From assembly GCA_963664875.1 (NCBI GenBank), contig OY761611.1, forward strand, positions 3,200,001 to 3,264,000: DNA of 64,000 bases. Direction: 5' to 3'. How positions within the stretch are numbered: the stretch's first letter is position 1; every line of letters begins with the position of its first letter. The notes below the pieces were generated by a model. The model did not search any database. It saw only the letters and a program-made list of their open reading frames with translations, and was not told the DNA's origin. The DNA comes from Candidatus Kapaibacterium sp. (lineage in GTDB: Bacteria > Bacteroidota > Ignavibacteria > Kapaibacteriales > UBA2268). Made by a program: the position numbers and the translations under genes. Positions 30,319 through 40,049 of the stretch are shown here, piece after piece.

Positions 30319-30507
30319 TTATATCTGGTTCCTTTCTTCAAATCTCGGTATCCTGAGCGGTTTTCTACGTAACGTATAATCAGGAGTTCTTTTAATCTGA
30401 TAAATAATAGCCGGCTTGTTTTGTGAAGACATATATCGATTGTCCGCAGCACTAACTGCAAGAATTGTATAAAATATCAATGCTATAAATATTTTTTTCA
30501 GTCTCAT
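30319..30507 (-). CDS. Small secreted hypothetical protein (62 aa)
   Basis: Signal peptide MRLKKIFIALIFYTILAVSA; ATG overlaps the arfB stop (TAATG). Confidence 0.5.
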   Translation of the reverse strand: MRLKKIFIALIFYTILAVSAADNRYMSSQNKPAIIYQIKRTPDYTLRRKPLRIPRFEERNQI

Positions 30508-30938
30508 TAGCTTCCAAATATATCTAATTGATTATTATGACGCATTTTTTTTGTATCTGCTCTTCTCTTTTTATCTTCAAGCCGTTTTCTTTTTTGTGCG
30601 GCACTGATTTTGGTAGCCAGCCTCTTTTTGGGAATTTCTACCGCCTTTAAAATAAGAGAGGTTAATCTTGCAATAGCATCTTGTCTGTTTTTTAGTTGAG
30701 AGCGAAACTTCTTAGCTTCAATTATCAGTATTCCTGCCTCAGTGATTCTGTTCTTTGCCAAATCCCTGATTCTTGCTTTTACATCATCAGGCAGAGATTT
30801 TGTGTTAGCAATATCGAAACGCAGTTGCACTGCCGTCGATACTTTATTTACGTTCTGACCACCGGGACCGGAAGACCTGACAAAATCCAACAGTAACTCG
30901 TTTTCGTCTATTTGTATTTCTTTGCTTATATATATCAT
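30507..30938 (-). CDS. arfB: Alternative ribosome rescue factor B
   Basis: RSSGPGGQNVNKVSTAVQLRF, RSQLKNR, basic tail. Confidence 0.96.
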   Translation of the reverse strand: MIYISKEIQIDENELLLDFVRSSGPGGQNVNKVSTAVQLRFDIANTKSLPDDVKARIRDLAKNRITEAGILIIEAKKFRSQLKNRQDAIARLTSLILKAVEIPKKRLATKISAAQKRKRLEDKKRRADTKKMRHNNQLDIFGS

Positions 30939-31050
30939 TCGAATATTTTATATCTTAAAAAATAAGTCTAAAAATTTGCTACAAAGATAAGAATGAATTA
31001 TCTTGATGTTTGTAAAATAGCAATTTATATCCAAAAAGGAAGCGAAATAG

Positions 31051-32670
31051 ATGAAATTACTTTATACACTGTTTATATTGCTTTGTGTTGCTGCTTCAGC
31101 CAATGCTCTTGAACTCGAAATCTTTGGTGCTGACGGCAACGAACTCGATATCTCACATATCCGAATCATAAACGCAGAAACAGGCGAACTTGTTGCAGCT
31201 GAACTCAAAACAGATGACAACAGCTATTCTTTTAAGCTTGAAGCTAAAAAACTTTTTATTGAAGTAGATTCACCCAATCACACCAAATATTTCCTTCCTT
31301 TAGAAATCAACAATAATGACGCTTCCATAGAGATTTACCTTGAAGCTGTTAAAATCAATCCGGCTGCAAAAGATGCCAAATTGCTGGTTTATGAATCTGA
31401 GTGCCAAAGACTAATGACTCACAGTATGAATAAGGACAATCAACTGTTTTCTGTGTCTTTTGACAACACACAAGAACCGGTCAAATCAGTTGTTTACAGG
31501 CTTGCTGTAGGCAATGATCTGCTTGTGCCTACAAATGCAGACGGCTATATTTATGATTGCGACAGATTTTATGCAGTAAATAACATTCGTGACAGTAAGG
31601 TCAATGTTGAATTTGATTTAGCAAAATTTCCTGTCTATTCGGAAAGCAAGAAAATCAAATCAGAAAATAATATCGAAAAACAGATTGAATTTTTAAGCAA
31701 AATAAATGTGATTGAAGAAAAAATGGCGAATGCTTATGCTTCAATCTCAGGTGGTAGCACAACTAAAATTACAGCAGATGATTTGCAACCTGATTTTAAC
31801 AAAATCACAAAAATGCTTGCCGAACCTCCCTGCGAGTTCTACAAACAAATCACTTATGCTTCGTATATCAAAATAGCGGGCAGTGCTTTTATGACTGCCA
31901 ATTCAGAGCTGATTGACAAAAAGATACTTGCTGCTGCTATCGCATCTATCGATTTCAAGTCTCCTCTTTGGAAGTATTATATCGGTAGCATGGGTGTCGC
32001 GGTAACTGCTAAGCAGGTGCTAGGCGAAGATTATTCTAATTATTTTGATTCTCTCATGCTGAGCAATCCGTACCCCGAAATCAGAGAAGACTTCGTTTTT
32101 CAAAGTTTGGTTTTTGCTTACACCAGAGGCGAAAAAACAAAGGTACGCAGCTTATACGAACATCTTTTTGTTTATTTTCCCGAATCACAATATCTAAGCT
32201 CTGCTAAGCAGCTCTTGGATAAAATAGAAGATAGTATGGTAGGAGAAAAAGCACCCATATTTAATATAGATGCTTTAGACGACAGTAAGATAAAACTATC
32301 AAATGAACATTTCAAAGGAAAATATCTTCTTATTGATTTCTGGGCTACTTGGTGCGGCCCCTGCGTCAGAGAAATGCCTCATTTACATGATGCCTACGAA
32401 AAATACAATGGGAAAATTGAGTTTTTGAGTATGTCGCTCGACAAAACTACCGCTCAGATAGCAGAGTTCCGTGGCAAAAAGTGGAAAATGCCTTGGAATC
32501 ACGCTTTTCTGCCGAGCGGTTTCAGTAATATAATAGCTACCAGATTTAAAGTAAAATCTATTCCGAAGCCGGTACTGATTAATCCTGATGGTATTATTGT
32601 TGCCGAGGGTGCAGCACTACGAGGCGCTAATCTTATCAATACATTAAAGATGCACTTGGAAGGAAAATGA
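31051..32670 (+). CDS. Exported TlpA-family thiol-disulfide oxidoreductase
   Basis: Signal peptide; C-terminal LIDFWATWCGPC ... SIP thioredoxin domain. Confidence 0.9.
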   Translation: MKLLYTLFILLCVAASANALELEIFGADGNELDISHIRIINAETGELVAAELKTDDNSYSFKLEAKKLFIEVDSPNHTKYFLPLEINNNDASIEIYLEAVKINPAAKDAKLLVYESECQRLMTHSMNKDNQLFSVSFDNTQEPVKSVVYRLAVGNDLLVPTNADGYIYDCDRFYAVNNIRDSKVNVEFDLAKFPVYSESKKIKSENNIEKQIEFLSKINVIEEKMANAYASISGGSTTKITADDLQPDFNKITKMLAEPPCEFYKQITYASYIKIAGSAFMTANSELIDKKILAAAIASIDFKSPLWKYYIGSMGVAVTAKQVLGEDYSNYFDSLMLSNPYPEIREDFVFQSLVFAYTRGEKTKVRSLYEHLFVYFPESQYLSSAKQLLDKIEDSMVGEKAPIFNIDALDDSKIKLSNEHFKGKYLLIDFWATWCGPCVREMPHLHDAYEKYNGKIEFLSMSLDKTTAQIAEFRGKKWKMPWNHAFLPSGFSNIIATRFKVKSIPKPVLINPDGIIVAEGAALRGANLINTLKMHLEGK

Positions 32671-33215
32671 GAATAATTAGTGGCATTTACGGTGGCAGAC
32701 GTTACAAAGGTAAGATACCTGAAGGTGTACGCCCAACTTTGGATCAAGCTCGTGAAAGTATCTTTAATATTCTTACCGGTTTGACCGACACGGAAGATGC
32801 AGTAATAGCAGACATCTGTGCAGGCACAGGAGCCTTAGGTTTGGAGGCACTCAGCAGAGGCGGAAAACATATAACTTTTGTTGAGAAAAGTAGAAAAGTA
32901 ATAGATATGATTCGCAAAATCACAGAAGAGTTTAACGTCCCAAAAGAAGATTTTGAGATAATAAACGCTGATGCCCTTAAATTTTGCAAGCAAACAGAGA
33001 AAAAATTTGACATTATATTTTCAGACCCCCCTTACAAAGCAGGGTTTACAAATGAAATGCTTCAAATTATATCAGAAAGAAATATTCTTTCGACAAATGG
33101 TATAATGGTTCTGGAATACAGTAAAAATTACGGTATAGTGCTGCCGGAAAATATGTCTTTAATAAAAGAAAAATCCTTTGGTGAAACAATAGTAGCTTTC
33201 CTTGAGCAAAGTTAG
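32667..33215 (+). CDS. rsmD: 16S rRNA (guanine966-N2) methyltransferase
   Basis: MRIISG..RPT..RESIFN, AGTGALGLEALSRG, DPPY. Confidence 0.95.
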   Translation: MRIISGIYGGRRYKGKIPEGVRPTLDQARESIFNILTGLTDTEDAVIADICAGTGALGLEALSRGGKHITFVEKSRKVIDMIRKITEEFNVPKEDFEIINADALKFCKQTEKKFDIIFSDPPYKAGFTNEMLQIISERNILSTNGIMVLEYSKNYGIVLPENMSLIKEKSFGETIVAFLEQS

Positions 33216-33230
33216 ACCTCTCGGGAGCAA

Positions 33231-33878
33231 TTATTTCAAAATCTCCCCAGTTTCATAGCTCCAGAAGAGCAAATCTAATTCATCTATTGGGATATTAACA
33301 TAAGCAGCAAATTCAAGGAATTTTTCTTCGACTTCAAGGTATCTCTTTTTTCCGGAGATATTTGGTACTTCGTCATATACATTGCAACTTACAAGGTGTT
33401 TTAGTATATGCCTGTCGAGTATTCCGAGTTCTCTGTATCCGATATTTCTTAGGTAATGTGCACTTTCTTTCAAGCCCATACCTTTGACATTATCAAAGAG
33501 CCAAAATCGCTTTTCTGTGGCTTTCATATTGCTATCTAACACAGATTTTATCTGGTTCCACTGTTCTCTTATCTCTAAAAGTCTTTTCGCCTTTTGGTTG
33601 TGAAACCTGATATAATGCTGCTTGTCATTTAGAATATCAACAGGATTAAATGGCTTCTCTAAAAAGTTGAGTTCGGTAAGTTTTTGCTGAACCTGCCATG
33701 CATGTGCTGCTTTTGACTGTGGCGTACAAATACAAAAACATAGCTCATAAAAATAATCACACTCAGGTACAGCGGCAAATTCTTCCAAACGCTTACGAAT
33801 AGCTTCTTTATTTCCTTCGTATCCTTTTTGTATTGCATCCGGCAATTTATACATTCTCTTTTCCATAATCGTTGTCAT
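33231..33878 (-). CDS. ogg: 8-oxoguanine DNA glycosylase/AP lyase (Ogg2 type)
   Basis: ELCFCICTPQ, IRFHNQKA, HhH VKGMGLKESAHYLRNIG, ILDRH, C-terminal DLLFW..TGEILK. Confidence 0.88.
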   Translation of the reverse strand: MTTIMEKRMYKLPDAIQKGYEGNKEAIRKRLEEFAAVPECDYFYELCFCICTPQSKAAHAWQVQQKLTELNFLEKPFNPVDILNDKQHYIRFHNQKAKRLLEIREQWNQIKSVLDSNMKATEKRFWLFDNVKGMGLKESAHYLRNIGYRELGILDRHILKHLVSCNVYDEVPNISGKKRYLEVEEKFLEFAAYVNIPIDELDLLFWSYETGEILK

Positions 33879-33971
33879 AAAAAATCAAATAAAAGTCGTA
33901 TGATGATAAATAATATTTGCTTATATTCGCCATGTATTATAATCAGAATAATTTATCCGAAATAGGCACGT

Positions 33972-35504
33972 ATGAAGAAAATACATAAGTGGGTTGGTAT
34001 ATTTATTAGCTTGATAGTAATTTGGATGTCAGTCAGTGGTATAATGCTCAATCATCCTGAGCTAATCGATAAGTTTAGCATCGCCTCTGATTACATACCT
34101 GAACATTATAATCTTAAAAATTGGAATCGTTCAACTCTAGTTGGCAATTTGAACTTGGGCAATCATATTTATTTCTATGGCAGACAGGGGATTTATAGCA
34201 CAACAAATAATGGTAGAAGTTTTAAAGAATTATCTGTCAACGGTTATCCGGAATATGCACGCCTAAAAAGAACAAATCATCTTACAGCTTATATCGAAGC
34301 AAATGATACAAGTTTCCTAGCCTCAACCAACGGCGGTTTATACAAAATGAGCCAGCAGACAAACACTTGGCAGAGTGTTAAAGTGCCAACCGAAAGACCG
34401 ATATTGAAGGCTATATGCAAACAAGACGGCATTTATGTTTTTACTGATTCGGAAGCATTCAAGTATAACCCCAATACCCAAAATGTAGCTCCTTTAGAGT
34501 TGAAAAGGAACAATACCAAAGAATCAATGCCATTAGTAGATTTTTTCTTTCTACTTCACGACGGGAGTGCTTGGGGGCTTACGGGCAAATTGATATTTGA
34601 TTTTGCAGGTCTGGTACTTATTTTTCTATCTTTCAGCGGCATTTATATATGGCTCAAACCTAAAAGTATCAAAAAAAGAAAAAACAAAAAAGCAGTCAGC
34701 AGTTTACGCTTCTTTTTCAAAAATCATCTTAAATATGGTATATGGCTCGCACTTCCTATTTTAATTATTTCAACAACGGGAATTTTTATGAGACCCCCTT
34801 TGATTATGGTGCTAACCGGCGAAATTCCATTGAAATATTATCCGGGCATACAAAAAAACAACCCATGGCACCATAAAATTAGAAACATATTATGGGATAG
34901 CTCTCGAGATGTATTTGTAATTGATGCGAAAGACGGATACTATGTTGGACAATTCGGTAAAGGTTTTGACAAAACAAATCCTCCTGTTCCGATTTTCCCA
35001 ATGGGGGCTACCGTATTTGAGGAGAAAGACGGGAAATATATTATAGGTTCTTTTCTCGGACTTTTCGAATGCGACATTACAACAGGCTCTGTAAAGGATA
35101 TGGTAAGCATGGAAAACGCAAATATTATCAATCCTTTTATGCCCGGGAAAAATATGATAACGGGGGCAGCCTTTCTGCCAAACGGAGAAATTATAATAGC
35201 TACCCACGAAATTGGAGTAATCAATTCAGAAAAATATCAAATGCCGGAAGTTATCTCCAAAAATTACCGCATGCCTCTGTGGAATTTTATGTTCGAACTA
35301 CATAACGGAAGATTATTCAAATCTCTTATCGGCTCAGGATATATTTTACTTGTTCCTTTGAGTGGTATTTTGCTTTTGCTCGTCAGTCTAAGTGGAGTTT
35401 ACAGATACATCGTCAAAAAAGTGAGATTGAAAGGTAATAGCAAGTCGCCTGTAAAGAGGATAAAAAAACAGAAAGGAATTTCGATTGATAAAGAGCCGGT
35501 CTGA
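33972..35504 (+). CDS. PepSY-associated TM helix protein (iron-regulated membrane protein-like)
   Basis: HKWVG, SGIMLNH, LLHDG, ELHNG motifs with TM helices. Confidence 0.85.
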   Translation: MKKIHKWVGIFISLIVIWMSVSGIMLNHPELIDKFSIASDYIPEHYNLKNWNRSTLVGNLNLGNHIYFYGRQGIYSTTNNGRSFKELSVNGYPEYARLKRTNHLTAYIEANDTSFLASTNGGLYKMSQQTNTWQSVKVPTERPILKAICKQDGIYVFTDSEAFKYNPNTQNVAPLELKRNNTKESMPLVDFFFLLHDGSAWGLTGKLIFDFAGLVLIFLSFSGIYIWLKPKSIKKRKNKKAVSSLRFFFKNHLKYGIWLALPILIISTTGIFMRPPLIMVLTGEIPLKYYPGIQKNNPWHHKIRNILWDSSRDVFVIDAKDGYYVGQFGKGFDKTNPPVPIFPMGATVFEEKDGKYIIGSFLGLFECDITTGSVKDMVSMENANIINPFMPGKNMITGAAFLPNGEIIIATHEIGVINSEKYQMPEVISKNYRMPLWNFMFELHNGRLFKSLIGSGYILLVPLSGILLLLVSLSGVYRYIVKKVRLKGNSKSPVKRIKKQKGISIDKEPV

Positions 35505-35652
35505 TATTAGCTCAAAGACAATGCTAAATAATACTCCAACTATTATTTATACCTCGTCAAAATATCAAAATACATTTTAAAAACTGTTAAAAAGTCAAGA
35601 ACGCATTGCCGACTCTGTCAAATTTCGTAACTACGCTTAAACTATTTATACT

Positions 35653-35660
35653 TATCTTTG
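35653..35660 (+). promoter_or_regulatory. Bacteroidota-type -7 element TAnnTTTG
   Basis: TATCTTTG 27 nt before the SemiSWEET ATG; same motif before nadE (40002-40009), arfB (30982-30989, minus) and the S74 gene (TATTTTTG 42738-42745). Confidence 0.5.
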
Positions 35661-35686
35661 CATTACAGTAATTGTGAGTTAGCTAA

Positions 35687-35938
35687 ATGACTATAGAGCT
35701 TTTCGGATATATCGCTGCTTTTTGTACAACTCTTGCTTTTGTGCCGCAGGCAGCAAAAACTATTAAAGAAAAGCAGACAAAAGATATTTCTCTGGCTATG
35801 TATGTCATTTTTACCATAGGCATTGCGTTTTGGCTGGTCTATGGATTGCTTATCAATTCTATGCCTATAATAGCAGCAAATATTGTTACATTGTTGCTCG
35901 CAGGCACTATCTTAATTATGAAAATCAAATATAAATAG
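35687..35938 (+). CDS. SemiSWEET (PQ-loop) transporter
   Basis: TTLAFVPQ, TKDIS, WLVYG, PIIAAN; 3 TM, 83 aa. Confidence 0.93.
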   Translation: MTIELFGYIAAFCTTLAFVPQAAKTIKEKQTKDISLAMYVIFTIGIAFWLVYGLLINSMPIIAANIVTLLLAGTILIMKIKYK

Positions 35939-35951
35939 GCAATACGCTAAT

Positions 35952-37121
35952 ATGTTTCCAAATCAAGAATCTTTCGATATAACTATCAAAACTCTTTCAG
36001 GATTGGAAGATGTGCTAATGCAGGAAATTGAAGAGCTCGGCGGAAAAGAAGTAGAAGTGCTCAATCGTGCTGTCAGATGCAAAGGCGATAAAGAATTTGT
36101 ATATCGGGCGAACTATCTTCTAAGGACAGCGCTACGTGTTCTAATCCCTTTCCACGAATTTGTTTGTACAGATGAAGATGAGCTATACAAAGGGATATAC
36201 GATATCGAATGGGAAAATATTTTTGAACTCGATATGACTTTTGCTATTGATAGTGTGATTAGCTATTCTGCTTTTAATCATACCAATTATGTAGCTCTAA
36301 AAGCGAAAGATGCTATTGTAGATAGATTTCGGGATAAGTTGGATAAACGACCTAACGTAGATAATTCTACCCCTGATATTAGATTGAATATCCACATATT
36401 TCGTGATAAATGTACTGTATCGCTGGACAGTAGCGGCGATTCTCTCCACAAAAGAGGATACAGAGAGGCACAAACTATTGCTCCTCTTAACGAAGTATTG
36501 GCTGCAGGAATGCTCTTGCTTGCGGGCTGGGGCAAAGAAGAAAAGGCTTTTATGGATCCAATGTGCGGAAGTGGCACTCTTGTAGTCGAAGCAGCTTTGA
36601 TTGCAAATAATATTGCATCTGGAAAGCTGAGGAGATTCGGATTCCAAACTTGGAACGACTACGACCGCAAAATGTTTAACGCTATCAAAGAAGAAGCAAA
36701 AAATGCCGAAAAAGAATATGCTTCTCAGATTATCGGTTCTGATAAAAGCAAAGACGCCATATTTATAGCTGCAAATAATGCTAAACGTGCCGGGTTGGCA
36801 GGAAAAATTGCTTTGGAGATTACAAAATTTGAGGATCAAACTAAGTCTGACGATGCCGGAATTATTGTTACAAATCCGCCTTATGGCGAACGTATCAAAG
36901 ATAATTCGATTTTGGATTTATACAAAATGATAGGCGACAAGCTAAAACAGGAATTTACAGGGTACGAAGCCTGGGTGATAAGCTCGAATGTGTCTGCTTT
37001 GAAAAACGTAGGTCTGAAGCCGGCTAAGAAATATACTCTTTTTAACGGTTCATTGGAGTGTAAGTACCACAAGTTTGAACTATATCAGGGAAGCAGAAAA
37101 ACTAAGTATCAAAATCAGTAA
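35952..37121 (+). CDS. THUMP-domain rRNA methyltransferase (RlmL-like)
   Basis: SLHKRGYR, APLNE.LAA, DPMCGSGT, NPPYGER. Confidence 0.93.
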   Translation: MFPNQESFDITIKTLSGLEDVLMQEIEELGGKEVEVLNRAVRCKGDKEFVYRANYLLRTALRVLIPFHEFVCTDEDELYKGIYDIEWENIFELDMTFAIDSVISYSAFNHTNYVALKAKDAIVDRFRDKLDKRPNVDNSTPDIRLNIHIFRDKCTVSLDSSGDSLHKRGYREAQTIAPLNEVLAAGMLLLAGWGKEEKAFMDPMCGSGTLVVEAALIANNIASGKLRRFGFQTWNDYDRKMFNAIKEEAKNAEKEYASQIIGSDKSKDAIFIAANNAKRAGLAGKIALEITKFEDQTKSDDAGIIVTNPPYGERIKDNSILDLYKMIGDKLKQEFTGYEAWVISSNVSALKNVGLKPAKKYTLFNGSLECKYHKFELYQGSRKTKYQNQ

Positions 37122-37792
37122 ACTGACGAATTGGAAAGAGTTCCTTCTTAAAAACTTTTTCCATTTTGAGCATGAATAAAAAAATTCTTCACAAGCTCGC
37201 AAAAAATATAAAAAAAACAAACAACTGCAAAGAAAACTTCTATTTTCTAATGAAATAAGCTGATTTTGTGTACAGTGTGTTGTTTTTTTGCTCAAATAAG
37301 TAACATCTATTCATCTGTATAATTGTAAAATTAGCCTTAAACTTTGCTAATTTATGCACACTCTTTATTAGTGCTTCTTTTATTGCATTACAATCTTTTT
37401 AATAGAGAAAAATTTCTCTACTTGCCAAAAATGCTATTCATAATCTTGTTTTCTGTAATATGCTTGAAATCTAAGAAATTACGGCATTTCTAAAAAAAAT
37501 ATAGTAACACTCGTTTTTTAAGTACTTGCATTATATGATATTTGAGACATAAAACTATCGGAAAACTTACTTGCCTCTTATTCGTTTTATATTAGGAAAT
37601 ATCTTGCGTAATAAATAAATTTGTTGAGTCGATTGAAAGATTGGTAAGCCTAAAAATGAGTTGTATAAAGTCTTTTTTCTCAGACGCTCTCATCTTCAAT
37701 GGCAATCCTGCTCCGAAAGAGACAAATCAGTATAAAAAGCATATTTTCAAACATTGATATCAATACAATCAATAAAAAACATGAGGCAGAAG

Positions 37793-39706
37793 ATGCAAAA
37801 GAAAAAAGTTCAGTTTATGTGCACTGCATTCCGTGATGGTTTCCAGTCTGTTTACGGAGCAAGAGTTCAAACAAAAGACTTCTTGCCGGCAGTTGCAGCA
37901 GCTAAAGAGGCAGGTATCACATACTTCGAAGCAGGCGGTGGTGCCCGATTCCAATCTCTTTACTTCTATTGCCAGGAAGACGCATTTGACATGATGGATC
38001 AGTTTCGTGCTACTGCAGGGCCGGACGCCAATCTACAGACCCTTGCAAGAGGTGTGAATGTTGTTGGTTTAGATTCTCAATCAAGTGATATTATAGATTT
38101 GCATGCCAAAATGTTTAAAAAACACGGCATGACTACTATCAGAAACTTTGACGCTCTTAATGACGTTAACAACCTAATCTACAGCGGTCAGGCTATCACT
38201 GACGCAGGATTGAAACATCAGGTTTGCGTTACTCTTATGGCTTTGCCTCCGGGCTGCGAAGGTGCACACACTCCTGAGTTTTACGAAAAAACTTTGAGAG
38301 ACATTTTAGATGCTGAGGTGCCTTACGATTCTGTATGTTTCAAAGATGCATCTGGTACTGCTACGCCACGCGTGGTTTATGAAACTATAAAACGTGCAAG
38401 AAAAATGTTGCCGGAAGGCACTCAAATCTCTTACCACACTCATGACACAGCAGGCACTGCAGTGGCTTGTAATCTTGCTGCCTTAGATGCAGGTGCCGAT
38501 TTGATAGATTTGTCCATGAAACCTTGCTCCGGTGGTACTTGCCAACCTGACATACTGACTATGTGGCACGCTCTCAGAGGTAGCGATTACGAATTGGATG
38601 TGGATATTGACAAAGTTCTTGTAGCTGAGGATGTTTTTGTAGATTGTATGAAAGATTACTTCCTACCGCCTGAAGCTATTGCTGTCGAACCTCTTATTCC
38701 TTGGTCTCCAATGCCTGGTGGTGCTTTGACTGCAAATACTCAGATGATGCGCGATAATAACATCATGGATAGATACCCTGAAGTTATCAAAGCTATGGGC
38801 GAAGTTGTACGAAAGGGCGGTTTTGGCTCTTCTGTTACTCCTGTTTCACAATTCTATTTCCAACAGGCATTTAATAACGTATTTTTTGGTCCTTGGAAAA
38901 AAATTGCGGACAGCTATGGCAAAATGGTGCTTGGTTATTTCGGTAAAACTCCTGTTTCTCCGGATCCGCAAGTTGTTCAGATTGCAGCAGAACAGCTCAA
39001 TTTGGAACCAACAACAGAAAAAGTGCTTACTTTGAACGATCAAGACCCTAAAAAAGGTATTGCTCCTGCAAAACAAGCTCTTCAGGAAGCAAATCTGCCT
39101 ATGACTGACGAAAATATCTTTATCGCTGCTACATGTAAAGAAAAAGGTATTGCTTTCTTAAAAGGTGAAGCTCCTCTTGGTATTAGAAAGAAAGAGCCTG
39201 AAGCACCAAAAACTGCAGGTAAACTTTGCGATGTTAATTTGGAATCTGCAAGAATAGTCTTGACTGTTGGCGGTAAAGATTACTCAATAAATATCGGCGA
39301 AGGTATAATGGAAGGTGCTTTGATAGGCGGCCCTGTTTACCAAAGCGATAAACCAATGCCGGTGCCTAATGCAAAACGCAACCTTGTAAGAATAGCTAAT
39401 TCTGTGAATACTGCTGCTATGACAAAAGCTACAGGTGCTGCTAAAACTACTAAAAAAGCAAAAGATGAAGAGATTGCTGATTCAGGAAACGGAGAAGCTC
39501 TTACTTCACCTATGCCGGGCAAAATCTGGAAAGTTATGAAAAAAGCCGGAGATAAAGTTGCAGCAGGAGATGTAGTGCTTGTGCTTGAAGCTATGAAAAT
39601 GGAAAACGAAATCAAAGCCACAAAAGCAGGCACTGTTACCGAAGTGCTTGTCAAAGAAGGTGATGCCGTAGATGGCAATGCCGTTCTTGCAAGAATCGGT
39701 GACTAA
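37793..39706 (+). CDS. Biotin-dependent carboxyltransferase plus biotinyl domain (pyruvate carboxylase subunit B / oxaloacetate decarboxylase alpha)
   Basis: AFRDGFQS, FKDASG, HTH metal motif, PGG, VTPVSQ, C-terminal EAMKMENE. Confidence 0.93.
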   Translation: MQKKKVQFMCTAFRDGFQSVYGARVQTKDFLPAVAAAKEAGITYFEAGGGARFQSLYFYCQEDAFDMMDQFRATAGPDANLQTLARGVNVVGLDSQSSDIIDLHAKMFKKHGMTTIRNFDALNDVNNLIYSGQAITDAGLKHQVCVTLMALPPGCEGAHTPEFYEKTLRDILDAEVPYDSVCFKDASGTATPRVVYETIKRARKMLPEGTQISYHTHDTAGTAVACNLAALDAGADLIDLSMKPCSGGTCQPDILTMWHALRGSDYELDVDIDKVLVAEDVFVDCMKDYFLPPEAIAVEPLIPWSPMPGGALTANTQMMRDNNIMDRYPEVIKAMGEVVRKGGFGSSVTPVSQFYFQQAFNNVFFGPWKKIADSYGKMVLGYFGKTPVSPDPQVVQIAAEQLNLEPTTEKVLTLNDQDPKKGIAPAKQALQEANLPMTDENIFIAATCKEKGIAFLKGEAPLGIRKKEPEAPKTAGKLCDVNLESARIVLTVGGKDYSINIGEGIMEGALIGGPVYQSDKPMPVPNAKRNLVRIANSVNTAAMTKATGAAKTTKKAKDEEIADSGNGEALTSPMPGKIWKVMKKAGDKVAAGDVVLVLEAMKMENEIKATKAGTVTEVLVKEGDAVDGNAVLARIGD

Positions 39707-39736
39707 ATCTGACTAAACACTATTAATGCGTATATA

Positions 39737-39780
39737 AACAAGGGAGTCTGTTTTTTATTAAATAGACTCCCTTGTTATTT
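39737..39780 (+). terminator. Terminator
   Basis: aacaagggagtct ... agactcccttgtt. Confidence 0.8.
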
Positions 39781-40049
39781 AGTATTCTAAACAGTTGTAG
39801 TAGATATAACAAGCTACCGAGGAGACAAATATTGTTAACTGTTGTGGCTCGCAACATAATATACATTGGACTCTTTATGGCAAAAACTATTCCCACCTTT
39901 TTCCATATCAAAATCTCCGCAAAAACAGGTATAAACAAATCTACACAAAACTTTAATAAAATATTATGCCTCAAAAGTGTGGTTTTTTCAATACATTGTT
40001 ATATCTTTGCTATATGTACAGATGCAATCATATTTAAAGTGATACAATC

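Noticed and set aside
37620-37740. Riboswitch (e.g. Na+-sensing) upstream of the carboxyltransferase
   Set aside because: Only a weak attgaaagat/atcttcaat pairing; no consensus I can recognise. An Rfam scan would decide.
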